NCBI GenBank assembly: GCA_028707495.1
Contig: JAQWAS010000001.1
Coordinates: 48,382-112,381, forward strand
Reading direction: 5' to 3'
Length of the DNA stretch: 64,000 nt
DNA from: Patescibacteria group bacterium
GTDB taxonomy: Bacteria; Patescibacteriota; Patescibacteriia; UBA2591; JAQWAS01
Position numbers and translations under genes: made by a program
Notes under the pieces: generated by a model
Told to the model about the DNA's origin: nothing
The model's database searches: none
What the model saw: the letters and a program-made list of their open reading frames with translations, nothing else
Shown: piece by piece, positions 50,163 through 60,673 of the stretch
How positions within the stretch are numbered: position 1 is the first letter of the stretch
Layout of the letters: each line of letters opens with the position of its first letter

Positions 50163-51153
50163 TGTTTTAGACACATACATTTTGCACCCTCAAACCAAGG
50201 GCTTGATTAGGAGTTAGACCGTTTAAGGCACAATGTTCTAAATCATTGTAATACATATTCCAAAGTTTAATCTTGTATTTTAATTCTTCAAAACTATTAA
50301 ATTTAACCTGGTTATAGAATTGTTCTTGATCGGTACGATGACTACGCTCTACGTGTCCATTTTGAGCAGGCTTACCAGGATCAATCAGATAATGTTGTAT
50401 GTTTAATCTTTGACATTCTAAATCAAGTATGTGTAGGCGTGGATTAAGTGGATGGATACTTTTAATATAGCCCGTATAACGATTAGTGAAGATCGAAGCA
50501 TTGTCAGTCTTGATAGCTAAGATTTTATGAGGGAAGTTTTGAATAACTTGATTAAAAAAATCTAGACTTAAATGATTGCCTTGGGCTTCATAGATTTTAA
50601 TATAGCGCCAACGTGTAGCACAGTCAATAGCTGTAAACTGGTAAAAACGCCTAGAACCTAGTAATTGAGGCACATATTTAACGTCTATCTCAACTAAGTC
50701 ACCTGGTTGTAGTTGTGCTTTAACATACTTGTATTTAACTTTACGCACACGATATTTACGTGTTAAACCCTCTGTTTTGATGATTTTACCAATAGTGCGA
50801 TGATGAAGATGAATCCCTTGTTTATTTAAGCGCCAGGCTAATTTTTGAGCGCACAGACCTGTTTCTTGTCTTAACTCAATAACTTGTTCTTTGATTCGAA
50901 TAGACGTCTCTTGGGGATGGCTTTTAGGGCGAGTTGACTTGTTGACTAGACCAGCTAAACCAGACTGTTTAAAGTTAGCTAACCAATACTTAAGAGTCCT
51001 TTCACAGAAGGGACAAACTTGAACCATATTTTTAATGGTAATTTTACCATCAAGGATTGGTTTAATCCAACGAAGTTTTTCTTCGATTGTTGATTTGGGC
51101 ATAGTTTTAGACATGCCCCTAGTTTAGCAAAAAGTGCAATATGTGTGTACACA
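50160..51153 (-). mobile_element. IS481-family insertion sequence (about 1 kb) with imperfect terminal inverted repeats
   Basis: TIR candidates tgttttagacacatacattttgcac (left) and reverse complement of gtgcaatatgtgtgtacaca (right); transposase stop codon lies inside the IR as usual for IS481. Confidence 0.6.
50167..51114 (-). CDS. DDE transposase, IS481 family (HTH + integrase core)
   Basis: N-terminal HTH; rve core with D..D..E (IDVKYV, KTDNASIF, HVERSHRT). Confidence 0.75.
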   Translation of the reverse strand: MSKTMPKSTIEEKLRWIKPILDGKITIKNMVQVCPFCERTLKYWLANFKQSGLAGLVNKSTRPKSHPQETSIRIKEQVIELRQETGLCAQKLAWRLNKQGIHLHHRTIGKIIKTEGLTRKYRVRKVKYKYVKAQLQPGDLVEIDVKYVPQLLGSRRFYQFTAIDCATRWRYIKIYEAQGNHLSLDFFNQVIQNFPHKILAIKTDNASIFTNRYTGYIKSIHPLNPRLHILDLECQRLNIQHYLIDPGKPAQNGHVERSHRTDQEQFYNQVKFNSFEELKYKIKLWNMYYNDLEHCALNGLTPNQALGLRVQNVCV

Positions 51154-51166
51154 TTACCTTATCCCC

Positions 51167-51195
51167 TTGACAAGAAAAATAATTTATGATAACAT
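51167..51195 (+). promoter_or_regulatory. promoter module copy 3: TTGACA-N17-TAACAT, directly outside IS end
   Basis: Same module as 8215, 38409, 52130. Confidence 0.45.
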
Positions 51196-51295
51196 ATAGA
51201 TAGTTCGTTTAATGCCTGGATTATCCTAGGAGGGTAATTTCAGGAACAAAATGTTTCATTTAAAATTGTTCCCAGGAGGAACAAGGAGGTATTTC

Positions 51296-52075
51296 ATGCT
51301 CGGAGAAGGTAAACTCAAACACACAGCAGTAGTTGTGCGTAGTTACAAAAACTCTCATGTTACGCAGCAAATTCGAAATCTGTTGAATATGGGTGTGGGA
51401 AAGATCTACGTGGTGGTTAAGAATACCGAGGATAAGGGGTCAACCAAGGGTTGGCTCAAAAAATATAAGAACGATCCTAGGTTGGAAGTCTTCGAGATGG
51501 AAGATGGATATACCTGGTGTAATGCGCTTAATGCGGCGATCTACAAGATTCAAATGGAAAATCTCTCTGAGAGATCCACTGTCGAGTTCGTGCTGAATCT
51601 GTCGGTAGAAACCAAGATCACCAAGAAACACCTGGTTACTATGTTGGACGTTTTGACTGACAGTCAACGCGTCGGCGTAGTAGGTAGTTCTTTTGTCGGT
51701 TACTGTCAGGGCAATCAGGTTAGTCTCGGGAGATCATACCGTCACCCCCGTAACACTGGGATGGTGATTAGATTTGAGGTGTTTAAAAAACTTCTCGGTC
51801 TATTCAACAACTTGTGTGATGACAAGGGCGGCATGGAGGATATCGAATTTATCCTTCGCATGTTAGTATACACCAACTATGAATACAGGATGCTCAATTT
51901 GGGTATCAAGCTCGTTGTAGGGGTGTATTACAATCAGGACACGAAGGAACAAAGAGAGCAATCTGCCATGGATCTGATTATTCAGATGTGGCGCAACACT
52001 TTTCCCAACAAAGACTCTGAGGGTCGTCTGCGCTTCGAAAATGCAATCGCAGAAATGGGACTCGAAGAAGCTTAA
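51296..52075 (+). CDS. GT-A-fold (GT2-like) glycosyltransferase-like protein, compositionally foreign (GC-rich); start at ATG 51296 with AGGAGG SD
   Basis: TAVVVRSYKN..KIYVVVKN GT-A N-terminus; GGMEDIEFILRM resembles GT2 EDxDxxxR; GC visibly higher than flanks. Confidence 0.45.
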   Translation: MLGEGKLKHTAVVVRSYKNSHVTQQIRNLLNMGVGKIYVVVKNTEDKGSTKGWLKKYKNDPRLEVFEMEDGYTWCNALNAAIYKIQMENLSERSTVEFVLNLSVETKITKKHLVTMLDVLTDSQRVGVVGSSFVGYCQGNQVSLGRSYRHPRNTGMVIRFEVFKKLLGLFNNLCDDKGGMEDIEFILRMLVYTNYEYRMLNLGIKLVVGVYYNQDTKEQREQSAMDLIIQMWRNTFPNKDSEGRLRFENAIAEMGLEEA

Positions 52076-52092
52076 AGCTTTCTTTCGGTATA

Positions 52093-52127
52093 ACGCCGTC
52101 GACAGTTTTGTCGGCGGCTTTTTATTA
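52093..52127 (+). terminator. GC-rich rho-independent terminator (gccgtcgaca..tgtcggcggc + T5)
   Basis: 10-bp stem with one G-U pair, then TTTTT. Confidence 0.6.
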
Positions 52128-52129
52128 TC

Positions 52130-52158
52130 TTGACAAGAAAAATAATTTAAAGTATAAT
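52130..52158 (+). promoter_or_regulatory. promoter module copy 4: TTGACA-N17-TATAAT upstream of typA
   Basis: Perfect consensus hexamers. Confidence 0.6.
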
Positions 52159-52228
52159 TAAAAATTCGTATATATTCTTTATTAAGAAATTACGTGAATT
52201 CGTAATTTTTTTAAATAATAATTAAATT

Positions 52229-54013
52229 ATGGAAATTAGAAATATTGCTATCATCGCACATGTTGATCATGGTAAAACAACCTTAACTGATGCTTTAATG
52301 AAGCAAACTGGCATGACAGATGGGTCAGTGACGATGGATAGCAATGACATGGAAAAAGAAAGGGGCATTACGATTTATTCTAAAAATACATCGGTTTTTT
52401 ATAATGGAACTAAAATAAACATCGTTGATACGCCTGGCCACGCTGATTTCAGCTCTGAAGTTGAACGAATTTTGCGTTCAATTGACTGCGTCCTTCTTTT
52501 GGTGGATGCTCAAGAGGGTCCCATGCCTCAAACTAAGTTTGTTTTAAAAAAATCATTAGAACTTGGATTAAAACCAATTGTCGTTATTAATAAAATTGAT
52601 AAGCCTGACGCTCGACCAGAAGAAGTTAGAGAGATGGTTTTTGAATTATTTTTAGATTTGGGAGCTAGCGATGAACAGTTAGATTTTCCGGTTATTTTTG
52701 CCACTTCAAAACTAGGCATAGCTAAATTGAATTTAGCAGATGAATCAACTGATTTAAACCCACTTTTAGATTTAATTTTAGATAAAGTTGTGCCGGTTCC
52801 AGCTAAGATGGTTGATGAGTTATTTAGCGCTCAACCTTTTAATTTAGCTTATGATAATTTTTTAGGCCGATGTGCTATTTGTCGAATTTATTCTGGAAAA
52901 GTTAAAAATGGTCAAACAATAAAAATAATTAATTCAGAAAAAAATAATCGGAGTGGTAAAATAACCAAGCTTTTTACTTTTCATGGCTTGGAAAGAAAAG
53001 AAGTCGAAGAAGCTGTGGCTGGTGATATTGTAATGATTGCTGGATTTCCAAATATTAATATCGGTGAAACTCTGGTTGAAAATGAATCTCAAATTCCTCT
53101 GCCGGATATTAAAATAGACGAGCCGACAATTTCTTTAAATTTTTTAGTTAACAATTCGCCCTTTGCTGGCCGAGAAGGAAAATTTGTAACCAGTCGACAA
53201 TTGAAAGAGCGTTTAGAAAAAGAACTTGAGGTGAATGTTGGTCTTAAAGTAGATTTTTCAGAAACAGCTTATTATAATGTTTGCGGTCGAGGAGAATTAC
53301 ATATCGCTATTTTACTTGAGAATTTGCGACGTGAAGGTTATGAACTCCAAGTTTCACAACCAAAAGTTATCATTAAAAAAGAAAATGGTCTGGATCTTGA
53401 ACCATTCGAGGAATTAACCATTGATGTGCCAGAAAAAAATTCAGGTGTCGTAATTGAAAAAATTTCTAAAAGACGAGGTCAATTAATTAATATAAAAAAT
53501 CATCATAATCAAAGTCGTTTAATTTTTGAAATTCCAACGCGCGGTTTACTTGGTTATCGCAATGAATTTGTGGTTGATACGCGTGGTGAAGGAATTTTAT
53601 GTACTCATTTTTTAGATTTTAAACCCTTTGTCGGAGAAATAGAAAAAAATGAGCTAGGTTCAATGATTTCTGGATTTTTAGGCAAATCCTCAGCCTATTC
53701 TTTAGCTAATTTACAAGAAAGAGGTTCCTTATATATCGGACCAAATGTTGAAGTTTATGAGGGTATGGTAATCGGAAATGTTGCCAAGGGAAATGATATG
53801 GTTGTTAATCCAATCAAGGGTAAAGCTTTAACTAATATGCGTGCTTCCGGTGCTGATGATGCCATAAAATTAGTTAATCCACTTGAAATCTCATTAGAAC
53901 GTGGGCTAAGTATTGTTGGAGAAGATGAATATTTAGAAGTGACGCCTAAAAATATTCGTTTAAGAAAAAAAATGCTAACTGCTATTGAAAGAGCGCGCCA
54001 CAAAAAGAAGTAA
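52229..54013 (+). CDS. typA: translational GTPase TypA/BipA
   Basis: NIAIIAHVDHGKTTL, DTPGHADF, NKIDKP; 594 aa with EF-G-like domains. Confidence 0.9.
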   Translation: MEIRNIAIIAHVDHGKTTLTDALMKQTGMTDGSVTMDSNDMEKERGITIYSKNTSVFYNGTKINIVDTPGHADFSSEVERILRSIDCVLLLVDAQEGPMPQTKFVLKKSLELGLKPIVVINKIDKPDARPEEVREMVFELFLDLGASDEQLDFPVIFATSKLGIAKLNLADESTDLNPLLDLILDKVVPVPAKMVDELFSAQPFNLAYDNFLGRCAICRIYSGKVKNGQTIKIINSEKNNRSGKITKLFTFHGLERKEVEEAVAGDIVMIAGFPNINIGETLVENESQIPLPDIKIDEPTISLNFLVNNSPFAGREGKFVTSRQLKERLEKELEVNVGLKVDFSETAYYNVCGRGELHIAILLENLRREGYELQVSQPKVIIKKENGLDLEPFEELTIDVPEKNSGVVIEKISKRRGQLINIKNHHNQSRLIFEIPTRGLLGYRNEFVVDTRGEGILCTHFLDFKPFVGEIEKNELGSMISGFLGKSSAYSLANLQERGSLYIGPNVEVYEGMVIGNVAKGNDMVVNPIKGKALTNMRASGADDAIKLVNPLEISLERGLSIVGEDEYLEVTPKNIRLRKKMLTAIERARHKKK

Positions 54014-54128
54014 AATAAAATTATATTTTTTAAACTCATCAATTTTTGTTGGTGGTTTTTTTATTTAATATATATTACGTGGTTTTTAGTTTGTCTAACA
54101 ACTAAATTTATGCTAAAATATATTCAAT

Positions 54129-55139
54129 ATGTCGCAGATTAAATTTAATTGGCCAATTTGTGGCCATCAAAATATAGTCAATTTTTTACAACACAGTATT
54201 CAACAAGATAATTTAATGAATGCTTATTTATTTTATGGTTCACAACATTTAGGTAAAACTGCTGTGGCAAAATATTTTATTCAATCTATTTTTTGTTCAG
54301 CCGAACAACGGCCTTGTCAACAATGCGTTTTGTGCCAACAAATTCAAAAAAATATCCATCCAGACATTATTTGGTTGACTCGAAATGAAGATAAAAAAAA
54401 CATTACCATTGAACAAATTCGGGAATTACGCCAAAAATTAAGATTAGAATCGTTTTTAAACTCTTATAAAATAGCCGTTATTCAGCAAGCAGAATTAATG
54501 ACTACCGAAGCCAGTAACGCCTTATTAAAAACATTGGAAGAGCCTAGTTGGCACACGATTATTATTTTAATTGCCGATCAAATCAAGTTGATTCCTAGTA
54601 CAGTTATTTCACGTTGCCAAACTTTAAATTTTAAAACAGTTAGCCGTCAGACTATTAGTCAATTTTTAAAAGATAATTCTAAATTAAATAAATTAGATAT
54701 TGAAAAAATTGTAGCTTTGAGTCTGGGTCGGCCAGGCATAGCGATGAATTTTATTCAGCAAACCGATAGTTGGCTTGAACATACTAAACGAGCGAAGGAA
54801 TTTGTAAATCAAATTTTAGTTAATCAAAATTTAAATCAGCGTTTTAAATATATTCAGCAACTGGCTGGCGAACAAAAAACTTTTATTGAATCTCAAAATT
54901 CATGGCAAGAAGATTTGATGATGTGGAGTTTGATTGTTAGGGATCTAATTTTAATTAAAAAAAATTTAAGTCAGGCGATAACTTATCTAGAATTTGAAAA
55001 TCAATTACGCCAAGTTACTTCAGATTACACACTTCAACAATTAACCAAATTTTTATATAATATACAACAGACGGGCATGTATTTAAAGCGCAATTTAAAT
55101 CCTAAATTGGTTTTAGAAAATTTAATTCTTTCAATATAA
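54129..55139 (+). CDS. holB: DNA polymerase III subunit delta-prime
   Basis: AAA+ clamp-loader fold with CQQCVLCQQI zinc module. Confidence 0.7.
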   Translation: MSQIKFNWPICGHQNIVNFLQHSIQQDNLMNAYLFYGSQHLGKTAVAKYFIQSIFCSAEQRPCQQCVLCQQIQKNIHPDIIWLTRNEDKKNITIEQIRELRQKLRLESFLNSYKIAVIQQAELMTTEASNALLKTLEEPSWHTIIILIADQIKLIPSTVISRCQTLNFKTVSRQTISQFLKDNSKLNKLDIEKIVALSLGRPGIAMNFIQQTDSWLEHTKRAKEFVNQILVNQNLNQRFKYIQQLAGEQKTFIESQNSWQEDLMMWSLIVRDLILIKKNLSQAITYLEFENQLRQVTSDYTLQQLTKFLYNIQQTGMYLKRNLNPKLVLENLILSI

Positions 55140-55143
55140 ATTT

Positions 55144-56259
55144 ATGTCTAAGAAAATTTTATTTCTTATAACAATTTTAATTTTAATCTTACCTTTGTCT
55201 GGATGTATTACAATTAAAACTCAAAAAGACGCACCCAATGGTGGTATTTTTAAGGCTGTCGATGGGGCCATTGGCGTTGAAAGCTGGCAACAAAAAAATT
55301 TCATTGAGCAAATTGAAATTAAAAAATTTTTATCAAAAAAAACCGAAGTACGCACCATTGATTTAGCCAATATCAAAGAAATTATTTTTGATCCACAAGA
55401 AAGTCAAATTTTATATATTATTACCAACCAAGGTTTGCATGTCTCGTATGATGGAGCTGAAAAATGGACTAAAATTCATCCAGCTGGTAATATTAGTTCT
55501 TTAGCTACTCACCCGAGTGATCGCAATATTTTGTATTTAGCGGTTGGTAATTTAATTTATAAAACTTGGGACGCAGGGAATCAATGGCAAAATATTTATA
55601 CTGAGGCAACTGGCGCAGGAATTAATAGTTTGGCCATAGACAGCTATGATGCACGTAAAGTTTATGCTGGTCGATCAGACGGGACATTAATTCGTAGTTT
55701 AGACAATGGTGACAGTTGGGACGTGGTCGAAAAATTTGACAATCCCATTAATAAAATATTGATTAATAAAAATGATACACGCATTATTTATATAGTGACA
55801 CAAGATAAGGGTGTTTTTAAAACGACTGATTTAGGTGCCAATTGGCAGGATATTATTAATAGCGAAGTTAAAAAGGAATATAAGGGTATTACAACTATTT
55901 ATCAGATTATGTTAAATTATGCTCATCGCGATGCTATTTTAATGGCAACTAACTATGGTTTGGTCGAAAGTTTAGATGGGGGACAGACTTGGCAAGCCTT
56001 TAATTTATTGTCAGCACCCAATAGTATGGTTTTTTATTCTTTAGCTGTAAATCCGCAAAATGATAATTATATTTATTACGGAACTAAAAATAATATTTAT
56101 AAAACCACTGATCGAGGAGGCACTTGGATTACTCAAAATTTACCAACTTCCAGAACACCCACCAGTTTAAAAGTAGACCTAGATGATGGTCAAATTATTT
56201 ATATGGGTGTGACTAAATTTGAAGAAAAAAAGGGTGGCTTATTTCGGTCGGGCTTGTAA
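55144..56259 (+). CDS. lipoprotein with BNR/Asp-box (S-x-D-x-G-x-x-W) beta-propeller repeats
   Basis: Lipobox LSGC; repeats SYDGAEKW, DAGNQW, DNGDSW, DLGANW, DGGQTW, DRGGTW. Confidence 0.65.
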   Translation: MSKKILFLITILILILPLSGCITIKTQKDAPNGGIFKAVDGAIGVESWQQKNFIEQIEIKKFLSKKTEVRTIDLANIKEIIFDPQESQILYIITNQGLHVSYDGAEKWTKIHPAGNISSLATHPSDRNILYLAVGNLIYKTWDAGNQWQNIYTEATGAGINSLAIDSYDARKVYAGRSDGTLIRSLDNGDSWDVVEKFDNPINKILINKNDTRIIYIVTQDKGVFKTTDLGANWQDIINSEVKKEYKGITTIYQIMLNYAHRDAILMATNYGLVESLDGGQTWQAFNLLSAPNSMVFYSLAVNPQNDNYIYYGTKNNIYKTTDRGGTWITQNLPTSRTPTSLKVDLDDGQIIYMGVTKFEEKKGGLFRSGL

Positions 56260-56304
56260 TTAGCAATTTAATTATTTAATTATTAATTTTTTAAATTAAA
56301 TTTT

Positions 56305-56859
56305 ATGAATCAAATCATTGAACAACACAATGCCAAATTTGACCAAATTATTGAACATTTAAAAACCGAATTGAAGGAATTACACATTGGTCGAGCTCAA
56401 CCGAGTTTAGTTGAAAATGTAAAAATTGAATCTTATGGCACTCAAACACCTTTACAGCAATTAGGGAGTATTACGGTGAGTGATGCGAGATCGTTAGTTA
56501 TTCAAATTTGGGATAAGAGTATTTTAAAAAATGTTGAAAAAGCTTTAATTGATTCACCAATTGAAATGAGCGTGAATGTGGACGGAGAACTGATTCGAAT
56601 TAATTTACCAGCTTTAACCGAGGAACGTCGACAACAATTAACCAAAGTTTTACATCAACGTTTGGAACAGGCCAAAATTGCAGTTAGAAATTTGCGAGAT
56701 GAGGTTAGAGATGAAATTATGCAAAAGTTTAGAGATAAAGAATTAACCGAAGATGATAAATATCGTTTATTTGAGGAATTGGATAAATTTACCGGCGAAT
56801 ATAATGATAAAATTAAAGAGATTGGCGAAAATAAAGAAAAAGAGATTATTACAGTTTAA
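56305..56859 (+). CDS. frr: ribosome recycling factor
   Basis: 184 aa; typical RRF pattern. Confidence 0.85.
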   Translation: MNQIIEQHNAKFDQIIEHLKTELKELHIGRAQPSLVENVKIESYGTQTPLQQLGSITVSDARSLVIQIWDKSILKNVEKALIDSPIEMSVNVDGELIRINLPALTEERRQQLTKVLHQRLEQAKIAVRNLRDEVRDEIMQKFRDKELTEDDKYRLFEELDKFTGEYNDKIKEIGENKEKEIITV

Positions 56860-56889
56860 ATTTAATCATTGATTAAAAAATAATAAAAT

Positions 56890-58017
56890 ATGCTAACAAC
56901 TATTTTAGTTTTTGTTTTAGTTTTAGGCTTAATCGTTTTTGTGCACGAATTGGGCCATTTTTTAACTGCTAAAAAATTTGGAGTTAAAGCTGAGGAATTT
57001 GGTTTTGGTTTTCCGCCACGCATCTGTGGTTGGCGGAAGGTTGGAGATAAACGAAAATTTTTTTTGGGCAACAAAGATATTTATTCTGATGACACAATTT
57101 ATTCTTTAAATTGGATTCTGCTTGGCGGTTTTGTTAAAATTAAGGGTGAAAATGGTGAATCAAATCAAGATAAAGACAGTTTTAGTTATCAAAAAATTTG
57201 GCGTCGAACTTTAATTTTATCAGCTGGCGTTTTAATGAACGTAATTTTAGCTTTTATAATTTTTTCGGTTGGTTTTTCGGTTGGTTTACCCCAGTCTTTA
57301 GATGGTGACTTGCCCAACAGCGCTAGAATAAAAAATAGACACATTCAAATTATTGAAGTTTTGGCTGATTCGCCAGCTGATGAACGGGGGATTAAAATGG
57401 GAGATATTTTAATTGCGATTGATGATCAAGAATTTAAAAATATTTCAGAAATTCAGCAATACGTTGATCAACATCAGTCTCAAAATATTAATTTAACTTT
57501 ACAAAGAGGTCAAGATAAAATTAATCAAGACATCGTACCAATTAAAAACGACGATCAGACCTCAGCTAAAATTGGAGTAAGTTTATCGGAAACTGGCATT
57601 GTCTCATATCCATGGTATAGAGCTATTTTATTAGGTATAACCACAACTATCAGTTTGTTGTGGTATATTGTTGTAGCCTTGTTTACGATAATTAAAAATT
57701 TAATTTTAGGTGCTGGTGTGCCAGAGGGTGTGGCCGGGCCAATTGGAGTAGCGGTTTGGACTGGTCAACTGGTAGATTTAGGTTGGATGTATGTTTTAAA
57801 TTTTGTAGCCATCTTGTCGTTAAATTTGGCAATTATTAATTTTTTGCCCTTTCCAGCCTTAGATGGGGGACGAGTCTTATTTTTAGTTATTGAAAAATTA
57901 CGTGGCAAGCCGGTTGATCAAAGGATAGAAAATTTAATCCATAGTATCGGTTTTATTTTATTAATTCTTTTGATGGTTTTGATAACTTATCGCGATATAG
58001 TTAAATATATATTTTAA
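56890..58017 (+). CDS. rseP: RIP zinc metalloprotease RseP (site-2 protease) with PDZ domain
   Basis: HELGHF in first TM helix; PDZ; LDGG motif. Confidence 0.85.
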   Translation: MLTTILVFVLVLGLIVFVHELGHFLTAKKFGVKAEEFGFGFPPRICGWRKVGDKRKFFLGNKDIYSDDTIYSLNWILLGGFVKIKGENGESNQDKDSFSYQKIWRRTLILSAGVLMNVILAFIIFSVGFSVGLPQSLDGDLPNSARIKNRHIQIIEVLADSPADERGIKMGDILIAIDDQEFKNISEIQQYVDQHQSQNINLTLQRGQDKINQDIVPIKNDDQTSAKIGVSLSETGIVSYPWYRAILLGITTTISLLWYIVVALFTIIKNLILGAGVPEGVAGPIGVAVWTGQLVDLGWMYVLNFVAILSLNLAIINFLPFPALDGGRVLFLVIEKLRGKPVDQRIENLIHSIGFILLILLMVLITYRDIVKYIF

Positions 58018-58025
58018 TAAAATTT

Positions 58026-58343
58026 ATGAAGATCAACCTACCCTTTAAAATTGACGCATCTTCCAAAGAGATCATGGACTTAATGCGCTCTTGTAGTTAT
58101 CATCTAATTCATGATAGAATGAATAATAAATTGAGTTATGTGCGTCCGTTGGGTAATTATCATTATCCAAGATTTCATATTTATATTGAAAATAATCCCC
58201 AGGGCGAATTAATTTTAAATTTACACTTAGATCAAAAAAGTGTAAGTTACGGAAGGCAGACGGCACATAGTGGGGAATATGATGATGAGACGGTAAAACA
58301 AGAAGGTGAGCGTTTAAAAATATTTTTAAATTTGAAAGCTTAA
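58026..58343 (+). CDS. hypothetical protein (105 aa)
   Basis: ORF only. Confidence 0.35.
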   Translation: MKINLPFKIDASSKEIMDLMRSCSYHLIHDRMNNKLSYVRPLGNYHYPRFHIYIENNPQGELILNLHLDQKSVSYGRQTAHSGEYDDETVKQEGERLKIFLNLKA

Positions 58344-58347
58344 AATT

Positions 58348-59577
58348 ATGTTACAATCAAAATTATTTACCAAAACAACTAAAACCATACCTCGAGATGA
58401 AATCAGTGTTAATTCCCAGCTTTTAATTAGAGCTGGCTTTATTGATAAAACCATGGCTGGGGTTTATTCATATTTACCTTTAGGTTTGAAAGTTTTAAAT
58501 AAAATTAAAAATATTATTAGAGATGAAATGGACGCTATTGGTGGACAAGAAATTTTAATGCCCGCTTTAACCCCAAAAGAAATTTGGCAACAAACTCAAC
58601 GCTATGACAATTTTGATGCTTTGTTTAAATTAAAAGGTATTGGTGATAAGGATTATGTTTTAGGTGCAACTCATGAGGAAGTGGTTACACCTTTAGTTAA
58701 AAATTTTGTTCAGTCATATAAAGATTTACCAGTTTATGTTTATCAAATTCAAGACAAATATCGTAATGAACCACGCGCTAAATCGGGTTTATTGCGCGGT
58801 CGAGAATTTAGTATGAAAGACTTATACTCTTTTCATCTAGATGAAAAGAATTTAGATGAATATTACGAAAAAGTTAAACAAGCTTATTTTAAAATTTTTA
58901 AACGAGTTGGTTTGGGCGAGATGACTTATTTAACTTATGCGTCTGGTGGTGTTTTTTCAAAATATTCGCACGAATTTCAATCTTTGGCTAAAACTGGAGA
59001 AGATATAATCTATCTTTGTAATAAATGTCACAACGCTTTAAATAAAGAACTAATTAAATCTGAAGGTAAAAAATGTCCGGAATGTGGCAACCTAGAATTA
59101 GAAGAAAAAACAGCCATTGAGGTGGGAAATATTTTTAAATTAGGTACTAAATTTTCTCAAGCTTTTGATTTAAATTATACTGACGAAAATGGCCAGCTTC
59201 AACCAGTTTTAATGGGTTGTTATGGTATGGGACCATCGAGAATTATGGGAGCCGTGGTAGAAATTCATCATGACACTAATGGAATAATTTGGCCACAAGA
59301 AATTACACCTTATCAAGTTCATTTATTAAATTTAGCTAGTCAACAGAAATTAACCGATAAAATTTATGAAACTTTACAAAAACGGCATATTGAAGTATTA
59401 TATGATGATCGCGAGGTTTCACCAGGTACAAAACTTAAAGATGCTGATTTAATCGGTTTACCGTGGCGATTGGTCGTAAGCGATAAGACGGGAGATAAGG
59501 TTGAAATTAAACAGCGAACCAGTCAGGATATTAAATTAATTAAAGCTCAAGATATAATTAAAATTATTAATAAATAA
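58348..59577 (+). CDS. proS: prolyl-tRNA synthetase, short form with Cys4 zinc insert
   Basis: Class II motifs YQIQDKYRNEPRAKSGLLRGREFSMKDLYSFH; CNKCH..CPECG. Confidence 0.75.
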   Translation: MLQSKLFTKTTKTIPRDEISVNSQLLIRAGFIDKTMAGVYSYLPLGLKVLNKIKNIIRDEMDAIGGQEILMPALTPKEIWQQTQRYDNFDALFKLKGIGDKDYVLGATHEEVVTPLVKNFVQSYKDLPVYVYQIQDKYRNEPRAKSGLLRGREFSMKDLYSFHLDEKNLDEYYEKVKQAYFKIFKRVGLGEMTYLTYASGGVFSKYSHEFQSLAKTGEDIIYLCNKCHNALNKELIKSEGKKCPECGNLELEEKTAIEVGNIFKLGTKFSQAFDLNYTDENGQLQPVLMGCYGMGPSRIMGAVVEIHHDTNGIIWPQEITPYQVHLLNLASQQKLTDKIYETLQKRHIEVLYDDREVSPGTKLKDADLIGLPWRLVVSDKTGDKVEIKQRTSQDIKLIKAQDIIKIINK

Positions 59578-59578
59578 T

Positions 59579-60646
59579 ATGTTTAAAAAGTTATTGGGTC
59601 ATTTTATTCGAGCACACGACATGGGGATTGATATGGGAACAGTTAATACTTTAGTTTATGTCAGAGATAAAGGAATTGTAATTAATGAGCCATCAGTCGT
59701 GGCAATTAATACTAAATCAGATCAAATTTTAGCAATTGGCGATGAAGCTAAAAAAATGTTAGGGAAGACGCCAGAACATATTTTAGCGACTCGACCGTTA
59801 GAACGTGGAGTAATTTCTGATTTTGAGGCTACTGAAAAAATGATTCATTATTTTATTGATAAAGTTCATCAAACTAAAAATTTATTTTTACCTCACCCAC
59901 GCATTGTAACGGGTTTACCATTAGACGTGACGGAGGTTGAAAAAAAGGCAGTTGAAGATGCTATTTTGCAGGCCGGAGCTCAACGTGTTTATTTGGTCGA
60001 AGAGCCTTTGGCAGCAGCGGTTGGCGCTCATTTACCAATTGAACAGCCGACCGGCTATATGATTGTTGACTTAGGGGGTGGCACAACTAAAATTGCGGTG
60101 ATTTCTTTGGGAAGTATTGTTAGTCAAAAAAGTATTGATGTCGCTGGTCAAGAATTGAACAAAGATATTGTTCAGTATGCCCAAGACGAATTAAATATTT
60201 TATTAGGCGAAGAAACGGCTGAAAGATTAAAGATTAAAATTGGTTCGGCGGTGGTAGAAAAAGAGTTAAAAGAATTAAAAGTTAGGGGTCGTGATTTAAA
60301 TACTGGCTTACCACGAGAGATAGTTTTAAATGAGGGACAGGTACTAGAAGCCATTAATCGATCACTAAGAATTATAGTTGATAATATAAAATACGTTTTA
60401 GAGGTAACACCACCAGAATTAGTGTCAGATATTTATGAACGGGGACTTTTCTTGAGTGGTGGCGGTGCTTTATTAAGAAACATTGACCAATATATTAGTC
60501 AACAAATTAATATTCAAGTAAATTTAATTGACGATCCTTTAACGGCAGTTGTGCGTGGCACGGGAGCTATTTTAGAAAATTTAGAAACCTTAAAAGAGGT
60601 TTTGATTCCATCTGCCAAGGAAGAAGCAAAAGAAAACAAAATTTAA
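59579..60646 (+). CDS. mreB: rod-shape-determining protein MreB (second copy, with mreCD-mrdA)
   Basis: GIDMGTVNTLVYV; DLGGGTTKIAVISLG. Confidence 0.9.
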   Translation: MFKKLLGHFIRAHDMGIDMGTVNTLVYVRDKGIVINEPSVVAINTKSDQILAIGDEAKKMLGKTPEHILATRPLERGVISDFEATEKMIHYFIDKVHQTKNLFLPHPRIVTGLPLDVTEVEKKAVEDAILQAGAQRVYLVEEPLAAAVGAHLPIEQPTGYMIVDLGGGTTKIAVISLGSIVSQKSIDVAGQELNKDIVQYAQDELNILLGEETAERLKIKIGSAVVEKELKELKVRGRDLNTGLPREIVLNEGQVLEAINRSLRIIVDNIKYVLEVTPPELVSDIYERGLFLSGGGALLRNIDQYISQQINIQVNLIDDPLTAVVRGTGAILENLETLKEVLIPSAKEEAKENKI

Positions 60647-60673
60647 ATTTTTAAGTTTAAATTATTTTGACTT

